From: Armatimonadota bacterium
GTDB lineage: Bacteria > Armatimonadota > UBA5829 > DTLH01
Assembly (NCBI GenBank): GCA_039680575.1
Contig: JBDKSP010000077.1
Coordinates: 10,375 to 74,374 of the forward strand
Direction: 5' to 3'
Length of the DNA: 64,000 nucleotides
Position 1 is the stretch's first letter. Every line of letters starts with the position of its first letter. Positions 47,061 to 58,600 of this stretch are shown in pieces. Made by a program: the position numbers and the translations under genes. The notes under the pieces were generated by a model. The model was given only the letters and a program-made list of their open reading frames with translations. It had not been told where the DNA came from and ran no database searches.

Positions 47061-47460
47061 GGAAAGGTGGCACTGAAAGGTGGAGGCGAAAGGGGTGAAA
47101 GGTTATTAGGCCTGAGAACAACCTTTCACCCGACCCTTTCACCGGCCCAAGAAAGCCTCATTTGAGCTCTTTTTCCTTACCTCTATCTCTATAAAGGTGA
47201 AAGGGTGAAAGGTTATTAGTATATACACACCTACATGCGCGCGTGCATGTAATACAGGTGCGCACGCATGCATGAGAAGGGGGATAGAGGATATATTTAT
47301 TCGCGCGTGTAGATAGGGGTGCGTTTCCGCCGGAACCTTTCACCCTTTCACCCATGAGGCCGGAACATGGGCGGATTTGAGCGTGAAATGCTCTCCTTTG
47401 CCCGAGTGAAAGGGTTCCGAAGACCTTTCACCCGGCTATCGTAAGAAAGTGAAAGGTCCC
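47061..47460. repeat. Iteron-like repeat cluster, putative phage replication origin
   Basis: About 10 exact GTGAAAGG copies in both orientations plus near-matches; 17-bp direct repeat GGGTGAAAGGTTATTAG; alternating purine/pyrimidine core. Confidence 0.7.
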
Positions 47461-47783
47461 CGGATTCTCAAGGGTCGATTAAGCTATGTCAAAGGTTCGG
47501 ACATAGTCGGCACCGTCATTCATCCTCACGATGAATCGCGCGTCCTACATGGTCTTCATATCGTTTGCCGCGCTATTCACAAAACGCAACAACCTTTTGA
47601 CCTGAGACAACGCTACTGTACGATTTGCGGAGTGAACAATTTCTCCACCAAATTGGAAGATAGAATTTGGATATTCGAGGGCCACGCTCATTTGTGCCGA
47701 TGTGAGCGTGGTTTTGCTTTGTACGGGGCCTGAGTCTGTGACGAGCTCCTCTGGACTGGGTTGAGGTGGATGTCACCCCAAAC

Positions 47784-48492
47784 TTACTCAACAGATTTTC
47801 TTTCTATCAGCTTTTCTTTGTTCTCTCTTATGGCCAACGCAGTAATTTCACGAACCATATCTGACTTACCATCAATGTACGATTGACGATCGTCATTAAA
47901 CTACTTGCATAACCCCACTTTGTGCTTTGATAGTTTCTCTACCCATTCAGGATGGCCACGCATGAAATCACGGAAAAGCAAATGGTCGCGCAATGCAGCA
48001 GCGCCGGTAATACACACGTAGAAATGGTGAGGCGGTAAGGATTGCTGCAATTGAGGGTCGGTCAGCGTGAACGCTTCGCGGTCTGGAATGTCTAGATCTC
48101 CTAGTGCAGTTTCCAAAAAGTAGTTGTTAATTTCCAGATGGCAACATGCTCTCTGCGATATCGGATCAACAGGCCACTCTGAGATCAAAATAACCGTTAG
48201 CCCGCCTTCAACGATTGCATGCCAGAAATGTAATGTTATTTACTGGAAAATGCACTAGACGAACATATCCGATCGTCGCCAGGCAATCTCTGACTGTTGG
48301 GAATAGATCACTATCCACAATTACATCGATATCAATAATGGGTTTTGCAGTCATCCCTGGAACGGCAGTGCTTCCAACGTGTTGAATCATATAAGGCACG
48401 CTGGCTAGAGAGGGTTCCACAAATGCTTTTACTCTTTCGAACCAATGAGGCCATTCATCATTATAGGGCTGAACCAGGGTAACTCCATTCAT
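47784..48492 (-). pseudogene. GrpB-family (nucleotidyltransferase-like) pseudogene
   Basis: HVGSTAVPG..AKPIIDID, HL.FRDF; split by a 150-bp insert and an in-frame TAG at 47901, after which FNDDRQSYIDGK continues the family pattern. Confidence 0.88.
48105..48254. mobile_element. MITE (150 bp) with terminal inverted repeats and CTAG target duplication
   Basis: CTAG|TGCAGTTTCCA ... TGGAAAATGCA|CTAG; excision restores the grpB frame. Confidence 0.85.
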
Positions 48493-49082
48493 AACATATG
48501 TCTCTTTCCATCGTAATGACTATTGCTCTTATATGAGAATAAGCAACGCAATTATACATTGATTCGTTCCAGACCACCAAGCTCTAAAGGCCCTACTGTA
48601 TAGCGAGAGGGCGGAAGTCCCAGGACTCTCTTGCGAGCAACTAATGTTTTCGATAAGTCCCCATCTGTTTCAGCTAGGCCATCGGTAGGTCATAGCCAAG
48701 GCATTCAATAGAATTGGACTTGATGACACCTATGACGAGCAGGCACTTGTTCCTAACGCGTAACTGAACTCCTCGACATACCAAACAACTTGACCCTACA
48801 CCCTGATAATCAGCGCTCAAGCGAGCTTCTCGCATATGGTCATCTTTTTTGTCTAGGTTGCTTCGAATAGATCTTCGTTTAGACTTTCAAGCACAAAGCA
48901 ATGCTCGTGCAAAGTGGCAACACACCCAGTGTCTCAGTAGCACCTGTCGTTCTGTGAAAACGACCGAGCGTCCACAATTTGTATGTTGGACAAGACTGGA
49001 ATCCTTTATTGCCTTCTTCTTTTGTCGGAATGCAGTTTCAATAAATAGGAGCAGAGCACCTATTGTCCGATATTTGATATAT

Positions 49083-49111
49083 TTGACAATTCAGACTACC
49101 TGCTGTAAATT
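49083..49111 (+). promoter_or_regulatory. Putative sigma70 promoter of the KAP NTPase gene
   Basis: TTGACA-N17-TAAATT. Confidence 0.55.
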
Positions 49112-49221
49112 ACTTTATGAGCCCTAGGTAGTTTGAGGACTGCTGTTGGGCTATTTTCGTATTACCTTCTGCCATGAATCGCGATTGGGCGTAATAGATT
49201 ACACACAATGGAGGAATCGCT

Positions 49222-52200
49222 ATGTCTGAAGATGCGGATCTTATGCATAGCCTACTGGACCGAGAGATCAGCACGGAGTCAGCTGATGAATTCGGTCACA
49301 GACACTTTGCAAAGGCACTTCAGAGCCTTATTGAGTTGCCGAACAAACCGCCATATAGCATAGGTCTTCTGGGCAAGTGGGGCACAGGCAAGAGCTCAAT
49401 CAAAGAGCTGTACCGCGCTTGTTTGGAGGATGATGCCGCAAGATCCAAAGCAATAAAGCCAATCACTTTCAACGCCTGGAGGCACGGCGGTGAAGATATT
49501 AAGCGGGCTCTATTGCGGCACGTGTTTATGGAATTGAACGGCAATGAGGATGAGTTGCTTGATGCGCTTTCTCGACACGTCCAGACCGTGATACCGCAGC
49601 ACAAGAGCTTCCGAATGGTCTTGCGCGACGTGGCGTTGAGGATACCTATCGCGCTTAGTTTGCTGATTATAGCAATATTGGTCAGCGCGTCAGCAACTTG
49701 GTACCTGAAGTGGCTACTAAATCTATCTGAAAAGCCAACATTAACACTTATCGCAGGTGCTATGGGGGTTGCCATTACATTTCTGATCGGTAAACTCCTC
49801 GAGATTGGTAATTCTACGAACATTACCCGCATAGAGCCGCCCAGTTCTACAGCGGAAGATTACGAACGTTTCCTTCTAAAGCAGATGCATACTTTTAAGG
49901 ACGCGAACGGTGCGGATTGTACCAGACTTGTTGTGTTCGTGGACGATCTAGATCGTCTCGGACCTGAAGAGATGGTGCGTGGATTGGATGCGATTCGCAC
50001 TTTTATGGAGATTCCAACAAATCGAATACCTGCCGGGCTAGGTGTAGTATTTGTGATATCGTGTGACGAAGAACGCGTGGCAAAGGTTTTGTCGGACCGT
50101 GACTGTAAACCAGGCGCCAGCCTGCCGGGCACAGTGTCTACACTCGGTGATGCTCACCGTTTCTTGGACCGCATTTTTCAATTTCGGCTCGATATACCGC
50201 CATTTCCTAAGCGCGACATGCGCACCTACGCAAAGAAACGACTTTGCCAAGATTTGCCTGAAATCGCTGCCGAACTTAATAAGCGAGGTGTGCTCGAAGA
50301 GGTCGTCAGCAGATTGATACATGTCGGAGTGCAGAGCCCGAGAAATGCAGTCCAACTTCTGAATATGTTTGCTCAGTGTTGGTGGCTGGCTAAGACGCGT
50401 GAAAGAGATGGATCGGGAACCGAGCGAACTGGTGGTCTACGGCAAGGAGCTGTCACCAGTCATCCAATCACCCTAGCGGTCGTCTGTGTACTTCGTGTTG
50501 ACTTTCCCGACTTCTATGAAGATCTTCTGCAAGAACCAGAGTTAGTAGATTCATTCACTAAAGTCTGCATTCGCGGAGGAGCTTTCGGCGAGCAAGCAGA
50601 ATCAGTACAAAGAATCTTAAGGAAGTATTTCAATCCTGAAACAAATGATTTAACGAACGAAGACTATCGTCCACTGCTGCGCTATATCAACAGCCTTCAG
50701 GAACTCGTATGGCCCTCATCCAAGATGCCACTGCTGCTATTATCTCAAGACCCGCTGACTCGTAAGGTTGGTGATAGGGGCCCGAGGCTCAATGATGCGC
50801 TTGTTTCTGCAGATCATCGTGAGGTGCTGAGAATTCTCGGTCATGATAAGGATGCCAAACCATTATCTCAGGATGATATTGACCAACTTCACGAAGTTAT
50901 GGAGGACTTCATAGAAGACGAATCAATCGACCGACGTAGAAATGCGGATGTAGCAATCGCAGCTCTATTAGACCGATTGCCGGAAAAACACTCGGACAAG
51001 CTGCTGATACGTCTTATCCGCCGTTTGATTCAATACCCTGAACTGCGATGGAGGCTGGGCATTGTCAAGATAGGTCATGTCCTTAGTCGAGGGCACACTG
51101 GTGACCGAAGAGAATTGGCACGCATACTAGTAGATAGTGTACTCAAAACGGAAGGTGAGATCGGTTTTCGACGTACAGTTGAGAATGCTCTAACACTAGA
51201 TGAGGCCATATCAGTGGCACGAGAAACGTGCAGCATAGTATTAGAAGTCCGTGCGAAGGACGGTCTGGACAATCAGTCAGAGACGGCCTTACTCAACTGG
51301 CTCGAAAAGCGGCATGTTATGGTCGGTGGAGAAGAAGGCCATCTGCAAATCCAGGATTTGGAGCAATGGATGTCCGAGTACGAAGACGGTTTACTGTTAC
51401 CGATGGGGGCAAGCTACACTCGTTCATTGCTGGAAGAACTGGATGCCGGACACCCAGTTGAAAACGATGCTATAGATCGGGCTCGGTGTGTGTTTGAGAT
51501 GCTTCGAGGAGGGGATGCATTTGAGCAAGCGGAGCTTTGGGCACAGCTCTGTCGGTACGTTGCCGTGGTTCAACCACAAGCAGTTACACTCGCGCATGAA
51601 TGTGCAAGCAAGAACGTGGGAAATGCGGACGAGAAAACGATCTCGGCGTTCACGAAATCATTTGCCGACCGTATAGCTAGGCATGCCGTCAAGAATCAAA
51701 AGCGCTACGCAATCGACGACTTAACGCAGGGTCATACGCTGCTCAATCTTATCAGGCAGCGACCAGAATCGCTCGATGAAGAATGCCGGCAGGCACTAAT
51801 TCCACTTGCTAAGTCATGGGGAACGACTGCAGAAAAAGCCAATATGGCGATAGGCATTCTTGATGTGTTGTGTGAGCTAGACAAGCGAAGCAGCCAAATA
51901 ATATCGGATTGGATCGAAAGGCTATTGAACGACTTGCCTGAGCCATGTCTTGACTGGCTAAGCCAGCATTTCACGGACAAGCTTACTAATAGTCAGCGCA
52001 CTGGCATAACGGACCAGATGCGCGTCCTCTGTGGCCGAGATGATATCTCGAAGGACGAAGGCAAGCGGTATTGCCGAATACTCAAGACAATGTCGCCTGA
52101 GTCCATCAAGTCAAAGCCTATGCAGGATCATCTTGCATTTCTTCTTGACCAGATTGGGGAGCGCTGTATCAGTCTTGATGGATTCTTCTATCGTGTATTC

Positions 52201-53235
52201 GAGGCCGTACCACCATTACTATCTAGCATTCCGTCGACAATTGTTGGGCCAATGCTGCAAAAGGTGTTTGATGGCCTGATTAATGAGCATGTTGCGTACG
52301 GTTGGGCTCATTATTGGATGGTGTCCTACTGGCCGCTTCCAAGTGATAAGCTGCAACCGTATAACCCACAGCATATCTTCGAACAAGGGCCCGTCGTGCT
52401 TGGCCAGTTTCCGGCTGACAAATGGGATTGGGCCGTTCATATTGTGACTTCTATGGAGAAGATGATGGAGCGTGGGGTTGTTAGCAACGAGAATGCCGGG
52501 TCTTTAGTTGAGGCTGCTTGCCTTCTGTGGCCTTACAAGCAGGAAAAGGCTCTTAACACCATAACCGGGCAGGACGTTTCGCCTGATGTTCGCAAGATCG
52601 CCGGTCTTATGAACGGTATTGACTTCACCAACGAGGAACAACGTGACCGTTTGTGTGAAGCTTGGCGGCATTTTGCAGGGCTGATCACTGAAGACGAAAG
52701 CCGCTTGGTAGCGAAGTCCATTCTACAAAGTGCTCCTTTAGGAACGGAGCGTGACCCAGACTTGGCCCTTCAGGTGTGGGTGGACGAGAACCAAGTTCAT
52801 CAATCGATTTTGCTTGATGGTTTGCTGCGTGATCTCGATCTCAATGATGACCAACGACAGAGAGTCTGGTTGCAGACTGAACGCCTTGCTCCTCATGTGG
52901 GTCTGAGCGTCTTCATTACTGTTCTTCCAGGGTTGCTTGGACTGCAGGACATTCCGAACACAACGAAGGCAGTGATTGAAGCACAGACGACGTTGACCAG
53001 ATTGTGTGTAAATGACAGGGATCGAATTAAACTCGGAACGGCGCTGCTAGATGCCTTCTTGCGTACATCATCTTTAGACTTAAAGAATAAGCTGGCTCTA
53101 TGGATAAAGGAGGCCAAGGCCGCTTCCTCGCTTAACCAGATGCAAAAATTGGGTAATCCGACTAAGGATGATATTCAGATACTTAAGAGTTACTTTCCTG
53201 GTTCTCGCGCACTTAAGAAGTACAAGAACATATAA
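49222..53235 (+). CDS. KAP-family P-loop NTPase with two TM helices and a long helical C-terminus
   Basis: DEFG, GKWGTGKSS, FNAW, 2 TM segments, VVFVDDLDR, FLDRIFQ. Confidence 0.92.
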   Translation: MSEDADLMHSLLDREISTESADEFGHRHFAKALQSLIELPNKPPYSIGLLGKWGTGKSSIKELYRACLEDDAARSKAIKPITFNAWRHGGEDIKRALLRHVFMELNGNEDELLDALSRHVQTVIPQHKSFRMVLRDVALRIPIALSLLIIAILVSASATWYLKWLLNLSEKPTLTLIAGAMGVAITFLIGKLLEIGNSTNITRIEPPSSTAEDYERFLLKQMHTFKDANGADCTRLVVFVDDLDRLGPEEMVRGLDAIRTFMEIPTNRIPAGLGVVFVISCDEERVAKVLSDRDCKPGASLPGTVSTLGDAHRFLDRIFQFRLDIPPFPKRDMRTYAKKRLCQDLPEIAAELNKRGVLEEVVSRLIHVGVQSPRNAVQLLNMFAQCWWLAKTRERDGSGTERTGGLRQGAVTSHPITLAVVCVLRVDFPDFYEDLLQEPELVDSFTKVCIRGGAFGEQAESVQRILRKYFNPETNDLTNEDYRPLLRYINSLQELVWPSSKMPLLLLSQDPLTRKVGDRGPRLNDALVSADHREVLRILGHDKDAKPLSQDDIDQLHEVMEDFIEDESIDRRRNADVAIAALLDRLPEKHSDKLLIRLIRRLIQYPELRWRLGIVKIGHVLSRGHTGDRRELARILVDSVLKTEGEIGFRRTVENALTLDEAISVARETCSIVLEVRAKDGLDNQSETALLNWLEKRHVMVGGEEGHLQIQDLEQWMSEYEDGLLLPMGASYTRSLLEELDAGHPVENDAIDRARCVFEMLRGGDAFEQAELWAQLCRYVAVVQPQAVTLAHECASKNVGNADEKTISAFTKSFADRIARHAVKNQKRYAIDDLTQGHTLLNLIRQRPESLDEECRQALIPLAKSWGTTAEKANMAIGILDVLCELDKRSSQIISDWIERLLNDLPEPCLDWLSQHFTDKLTNSQRTGITDQMRVLCGRDDISKDEGKRYCRILKTMSPESIKSKPMQDHLAFLLDQIGERCISLDGFFYRVFEAVPPLLSSIPSTIVGPMLQKVFDGLINEHVAYGWAHYWMVSYWPLPSDKLQPYNPQHIFEQGPVVLGQFPADKWDWAVHIVTSMEKMMERGVVSNENAGSLVEAACLLWPYKQEKALNTITGQDVSPDVRKIAGLMNGIDFTNEEQRDRLCEAWRHFAGLITEDESRLVAKSILQSAPLGTERDPDLALQVWVDENQVHQSILLDGLLRDLDLNDDQRQRVWLQTERLAPHVGLSVFITVLPGLLGLQDIPNTTKAVIEAQTTLTRLCVNDRDRIKLGTALLDAFLRTSSLDLKNKLALWIKEAKAASSLNQMQKLGNPTKDDIQILKSYFPGSRALKKYKNI

Positions 53236-53322
53236 AGGCAGCGTGCTATGGCACGGCGATGGATTTGTCTACTCAGACCAGATAAAGCCTGCTACACAAT
53301 GATGAGGTCGTGGCGTTACCTC

Positions 53323-55350
53323 TTACTGACTTGAGATTAAGGAGCCAGATGTGGGAACTGCAGCGGCTGTGTTCTGGGGCAGTGACATCAAGATCTCATC
53401 GGCAGAATCCTTATCCGATAACAGTGCATCCCTGCGAAGCTGCAGTTTGTCGAGCACGAACTTGTGGCGCAGTTCTACGTTCGTCCATACCTCACTCCAT
53501 CTCAGCACGTATACTTTGTAGCGGCCGATCTTGTGCGCTAGATGCTTCTCGCCGTGTGGCTTGCAGTTTTCGATCTCCTGCTCAATGTGCTTGTCATAAT
53601 CCTTGCCGATGAGGTAAAACTCCCAATGCATATTCCCGGCGTTGAACTGAGGAATATCAAGGATAGTGTTCATATACCGTTTGACCTGCGCAAGCTGCTC
53701 TTCCCCAAGGGTGATCGATGGATGCTTCAGCTCAACGACGATATTTTCGATCATGTCAGTATCGTGAAGCCACCTCACAGCAAATATGTCCATCTGCTTT
53801 CGCTTATCAGGATGGTCCAGGCTCACTTGTTGCTTCTCACCTCTGAGTATATACATGTAATCCTTGAGCGCCCGCTCAAAACCCACTTCCGCTGCCGCCA
53901 CAAGGTGGTACTGCTCACCAAACATCCAATAGTGTCGCTCCATAAAGCTTTGAAGGTGAGTCACTTCGTCAGCGTAGAATTGCGGGTCGATGACCATTTG
54001 CTTGAGCTCATTCAGGGCAACAAACCTATCCTCAATCAGACGGACTGTCGATACTATGTTAGACATCTCTGTCTTTTTAAGCAGTCTCGCAAGATCTTCT
54101 CGCTGCTCGCTGTCCATCTGCACGACTTGCTGGAGTATATCGAAGAGGGCATCGCGTTCATCAGAGTCGATGATTAGGTGCAGCAGCCCGACGAGCGTCC
54201 GTGTTTGCTTCTCGCTAAGGCTGGCAAAAATGGCTGGCTCAAGTATGTAGAGCTCCTCCACCACCTTTAGGAGTGTATCGCGACGCATCTGATCCCAGGG
54301 ATTCTCGCTGAAGTCCGGAGCGATTCTCTTCTGCTGCAGTCCTTCAGTGTAGGATCTTGCCTTCGTCCTCAAAAACGGTTTTCTTTTGCGTGAAAGGTAG
54401 TTGTGCAGGAACTCCTGCAGATCCCGAAATGCATCTTTGTCGGCTTTATCCTCGAAACCCAGCGGAAGCTGATCAGTGCCGTTGTCACCTGCTATGCCAA
54501 CAACTGTTCCCATTCTACTGAAGAGTGGGCTCTGCACGTACACGCTGTGGTAGAAGCCATCGCCTTTCTGGTTCAGGGTAGTGTATTGGTTGGATACTTC
54601 AACACCCGACTCGTCGATAAAGTAGTAGCGAGAGTACTCATCATGAAGCTTCTGTGTCCACTGCACGTAATGAATATCAATCATTACCTGGTCGATCTGT
54701 CGCTGGCAGCGATCCTGCTCACCGATGAGCCAGGGATAGGTCAATGGCTGGCCGTTGATCACGATCTTTCGTTGGATTGGTGAAGGCAGTTCCAGAAACC
54801 AGGCGAACTCCAACGCTAAGTGGTGCTGTAGCTCGTGATCAAGATCCTCGGCAAACAAGTTGTGGCACCCGGAGAACTCAACGCACGTTCCCGTGCGTTG
54901 TGCAGAGCTGATAGGGTCACCCGCTTCGTATCGATGGAGCGATTGGCTGCGAACAGTTATCTGGTATTGCTGGTTGCCCTTGTCTGATCGGCACGTTGTT
55001 GTCCAGCAGGCTCTCTCAGCGAAACAGAAGAAAGTGAGACGTCCATAGCCGTTCTTGCCGTGCACAGAAGATAATCCATAACGGCGATTGGCGGGGTCGG
55101 CAGCTTTATGAGTATCGTAGAACGGTCTAAACCTGTCGTCTAGCTCGCAGTAATCAATGCCAGAGCCATCGTCTACGACAGTGATGCTGTCAATTCCTCC
55201 AAGGTCATTTGGTTGCCAGTCGATGCGAACCTCACTCGCCCCTGCGTCGAAACCATTCCACACATATTCGGCGATTGCAGACAATGGTTTGTACTTGCGT
55301 AGCGTGCGCCGAATCCCTGGTGTAGAGATGACAATCTCATTCGTCTTCAT
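53323..55350 (-). CDS. GHKL (MORC-like) ATPase fused to a PD-(D/E)xK nuclease
   Basis: AEYVWNGFDA, DDGSG, HGKNGYGR, GT; C-terminal MDIFAV...IVVELKHP...QVKRY; probable ATG 55350. Confidence 0.88.
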   Translation of the reverse strand: MKTNEIVISTPGIRRTLRKYKPLSAIAEYVWNGFDAGASEVRIDWQPNDLGGIDSITVVDDGSGIDYCELDDRFRPFYDTHKAADPANRRYGLSSVHGKNGYGRLTFFCFAERACWTTTCRSDKGNQQYQITVRSQSLHRYEAGDPISSAQRTGTCVEFSGCHNLFAEDLDHELQHHLALEFAWFLELPSPIQRKIVINGQPLTYPWLIGEQDRCQRQIDQVMIDIHYVQWTQKLHDEYSRYYFIDESGVEVSNQYTTLNQKGDGFYHSVYVQSPLFSRMGTVVGIAGDNGTDQLPLGFEDKADKDAFRDLQEFLHNYLSRKRKPFLRTKARSYTEGLQQKRIAPDFSENPWDQMRRDTLLKVVEELYILEPAIFASLSEKQTRTLVGLLHLIIDSDERDALFDILQQVVQMDSEQREDLARLLKKTEMSNIVSTVRLIEDRFVALNELKQMVIDPQFYADEVTHLQSFMERHYWMFGEQYHLVAAAEVGFERALKDYMYILRGEKQQVSLDHPDKRKQMDIFAVRWLHDTDMIENIVVELKHPSITLGEEQLAQVKRYMNTILDIPQFNAGNMHWEFYLIGKDYDKHIEQEIENCKPHGEKHLAHKIGRYKVYVLRWSEVWTNVELRHKFVLDKLQLRRDALLSDKDSADEILMSLPQNTAAAVPTSGSLISSQ

Positions 55351-55653
55351 GGTCTGCCTGTAGCCTACCTCACAATGTTCACAATAACCTACCTTTAACA
55401 TTATTCTATGGCTCCTTGGCTGTTTCCTGCATGCACGACAGAATGGATCCAATTGATTTGTGTGCCGTGTCTTGTGGTGGTGATGGCAGCACCATCTACT
55501 TGGGCTTGGATGTTGATTCGCGATAGTCGCTGCGGGGCTCCCGCGCGAGGTCCGACGCTGACTTGAACTTCCCTTCCTCAAGAAGCTTCTTTCACCGGTA
55601 AGCCCAGATATCGCGACAACCAGCGCTTCTTGTTGGGAGCGGAACATCATGGA

Positions 55654-58600
55654 TTACAGGCCGGTCCCTAGGCCAACCAGACAAATATCATAGGCCCGGA
55701 CGCGGTGTGCTCCGTTAGTGATCGTCACCTTGAAGCCAGCGTCCTCTATAGTCTTCATATCGTTTGCGAACCGCTGGACGAACTGCTGCACGCTGTTCAT
55801 GTCGAACGACAGGCTGTATTCCTTTGCCACGCGCTTTAGGGCAATGAAAAGCTCACGTGCGAGCACTCCCCTTATGGATGCCTCATCTTCAAACTCGATC
55901 TGGTAGCGCTCCGTGAAGATCGACCTGGCCGACCTCCCCGACGGCGACAGATATGACTGCGCATCCGACTTCACCGCGTTCGCATAGGCCTTGAACAGAC
56001 CGCCAAGCGCGGTCGCGATGGGGTTTGATTCTCTTGCGGCGTCATTTGTGACCATGTTGAGCGCCGTGATGATGTCGGAGAACCTCGGATCGATAGCGTT
56101 CATCGCGCTCTCCACGTCCTCCTCCGGCATTCCGGCGATCCCCATCAGGTACATGAGGCTCAGGTAATCATTGCAGCGTCGCTTGCTGTGGTTTCCGAGA
56201 TCCCGCTGGAGGAGTTCCATCACCCGCTCCTGGGCATCATCCCGGAGCATCGCGAGCACCCAGCTCGTCCGCTTCATTATGACCGAGAGGATCGTGTTCC
56301 TGTGGTGCCGGATCTTCGCGAGCACCTTTGCCTCAAGGAAACACTTGTCTCCCGCGTCACCGAGCTCGAACCGCAGGATAAACGAGCGCGAGAGGATCTC
56401 CGTCAGGTGGGTCGCTAGCGGCTCTATCCCGGTCGTGTTAATGAGACACCTCGGGCGCTCTATCACCGTATCGGTGTCAGAGCCGGTCTTCCGTTTCTCC
56501 TTCGCTATCCCCGTGATGCTCGTCAGGAGGAAGTTTACGAAGTCCTCCGAGACATCGTTTGACTCCACGTTGTCGAGCGAAAGGAGTGGGTTCTTCGAGC
56601 CGTCCGAGTAGTTCGCGGCGTCGGTCGCCTTTTTCTGCTGTGGCTGTCCGTAGATGAGCGCTGTGATGAGCTTCGCAGCCGAAGTCTTCCCGGATGATGA
56701 ACTGCCCTCAAAGCGTGTCATGGGACGTGTCCCTGCGAAATCTATCAGGAGAAAGCATGAGAGCCAAGCAAGGATGAGGAACCGGTTTGGCGATGAGCAC
56801 GTCAGATTGTCTCCCACGAGTTCCGCAAGGAGCCGATCAGCCTCATGATCGTCCGCGTCGGGCAGGAACGTGATAGGCTCAAGCTTCTCGGATGAGTCCA
56901 GAATCACCCCGTCCGCGTTTCCGCCGTTCTTCATAATCTCCACGCCGTCCGGCGTTATCTTCGCAATTTCATGGCGCTCGTTATTCAGGTTGAAGTACAC
57001 CGCATGGTTTGCCATGTCGGTATGAAGCCACGAGAACTGGTCCCGAACCTCTCCCTTGATGGCCGCGACGTTCGCGAGCACTTCCATAAGAGTGCGGCCC
57101 CCGTTCGTGGTTGATACGAGACCGGTCGAGTTGTAGATGACGGCTGAGTAGAGCCTTCTCCTCGTGCGCTCGGAAGAGTCCATCCAGAGCATCACATCGT
57201 CATAGAACATGAATGGTTCGCTCTGACGCGTCCGAAAGAAGCGCGCGCCGTTAGATGCGAACCATTCATAGGCGGCCTCGGCAGCCATTGCGTAGTCTGG
57301 ACTCCCGGTCTCAGCTTCGGTATCGAGGAGCACCTGCTCAACACACGCCCGACAGGACCCTGACGGTGCAGTGCTAACACGCTTCTCCTGCCTGCGAGCC
57401 TCTCGAATCCGCGCGGATTTCTCCCGCTGTATGGCCTTTATCTGCTCCTTCAGCGTCCCGACGGAAAGCCCTGACTTCCCGCACCGCTCTACGATCCGAC
57501 GAAGTTCTCTTGACTGGTCAAGCGGCGAGAGTTCAGCTACCTCGCGGAGCACCGAATCGATGAGCCTGTTCCGCTCTGCTTCAGGAAGATCTGCTGGAAT
57601 CCTGTCGATGCTGTACTCAAGCGGCGTGACTGCGCGCGCCATGAGCGACTCGAATTCCTCCGCTGAGTGCCGAGCAAGGAAGAACTCGTTTACATCGACT
57701 TTCGCCTCCGATAGGAGCCGCTCCGCCTCTTTGAGGTCTTCCGGCGGCTTCCCCGAAAGCCGTTTCGCAAGCTCCCTCGGCCCGACCGCAGCGTCCAGCC
57801 CGAACCGATCCCTTAGAGCCAGCCGCGCCGTCTCGTGCTTTTCATCAAGGGGCAGGACCACAAGCCGTGTCTCTATCCCGGCAGAGGCAAGGTGCCGCGC
57901 AGTCTTTAGCGCGCCCCGCATACCTACCTCGGAGACTTCGTTGTCCTGGCAGATATAGACCGTCTTCACCCCCGCAAGCTTCGGGAGTATTCGCTGCCAG
58001 TCGTCGTCTTTTATCTGCACCGTGACAGGGGAGACCGCCTCGAACCCCCGCTCCATAAGCGAGATGCAGTCGGTCACGCCTTCAGTGATGATGACGCGCC
58101 CGGGTCCTATCGCAAGGCAGCCTTCGTTGTAGAGGGAGCTGTTCGTGATACATGGGGCTATGTGCCGGCGGGAGTGTTCGTCATGGCACTTCAGCTTCTT
58201 GTACTTGCCCTGCTCCCAGTTGCTGTCCGGCGTCCACGGGGTCTTTCTCCCAATCATAAAGACCACCCGGCCACGGCTCCAGTATGGGAAGACGATCCGA
58301 TTCACGAACCCTGGGACCAGATCGTCGTTACTGGTCGGGTTGAACGCTCCGGTAGCAGCAAGCTCCCTTAGAGTAAAGGGTGACTTACCTGATGTAAGAG
58401 CCGAGACTATACCCGGATGCTTCGTCCCGGCGCTGTCGACAAAGGGCATATTGTCCGCGTATCCAATAAGGAGGGAATCAATGGTCTCAAGCGATATGCC
58501 ATAATGCGCCGTGAACCATTCCAAGACCTGCGGCGAGGACTTCAGCCGCTCGTTGTAGTAGCGCGCAACAGCCGTAAGCGCCGCCTGGACCCGAAGCTCA

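Noticed and set aside
47061-47460. Possible CRISPR array
   Set aside because: Repeats are only 8-17 bp, in both orientations, irregularly spaced, with no cas genes
47449-49127. Small ORFs 47449-47733, 47573-47791 and 48849-49127
   Set aside because: No motifs or clear RBS; probably decayed cargo or intergenic DNA
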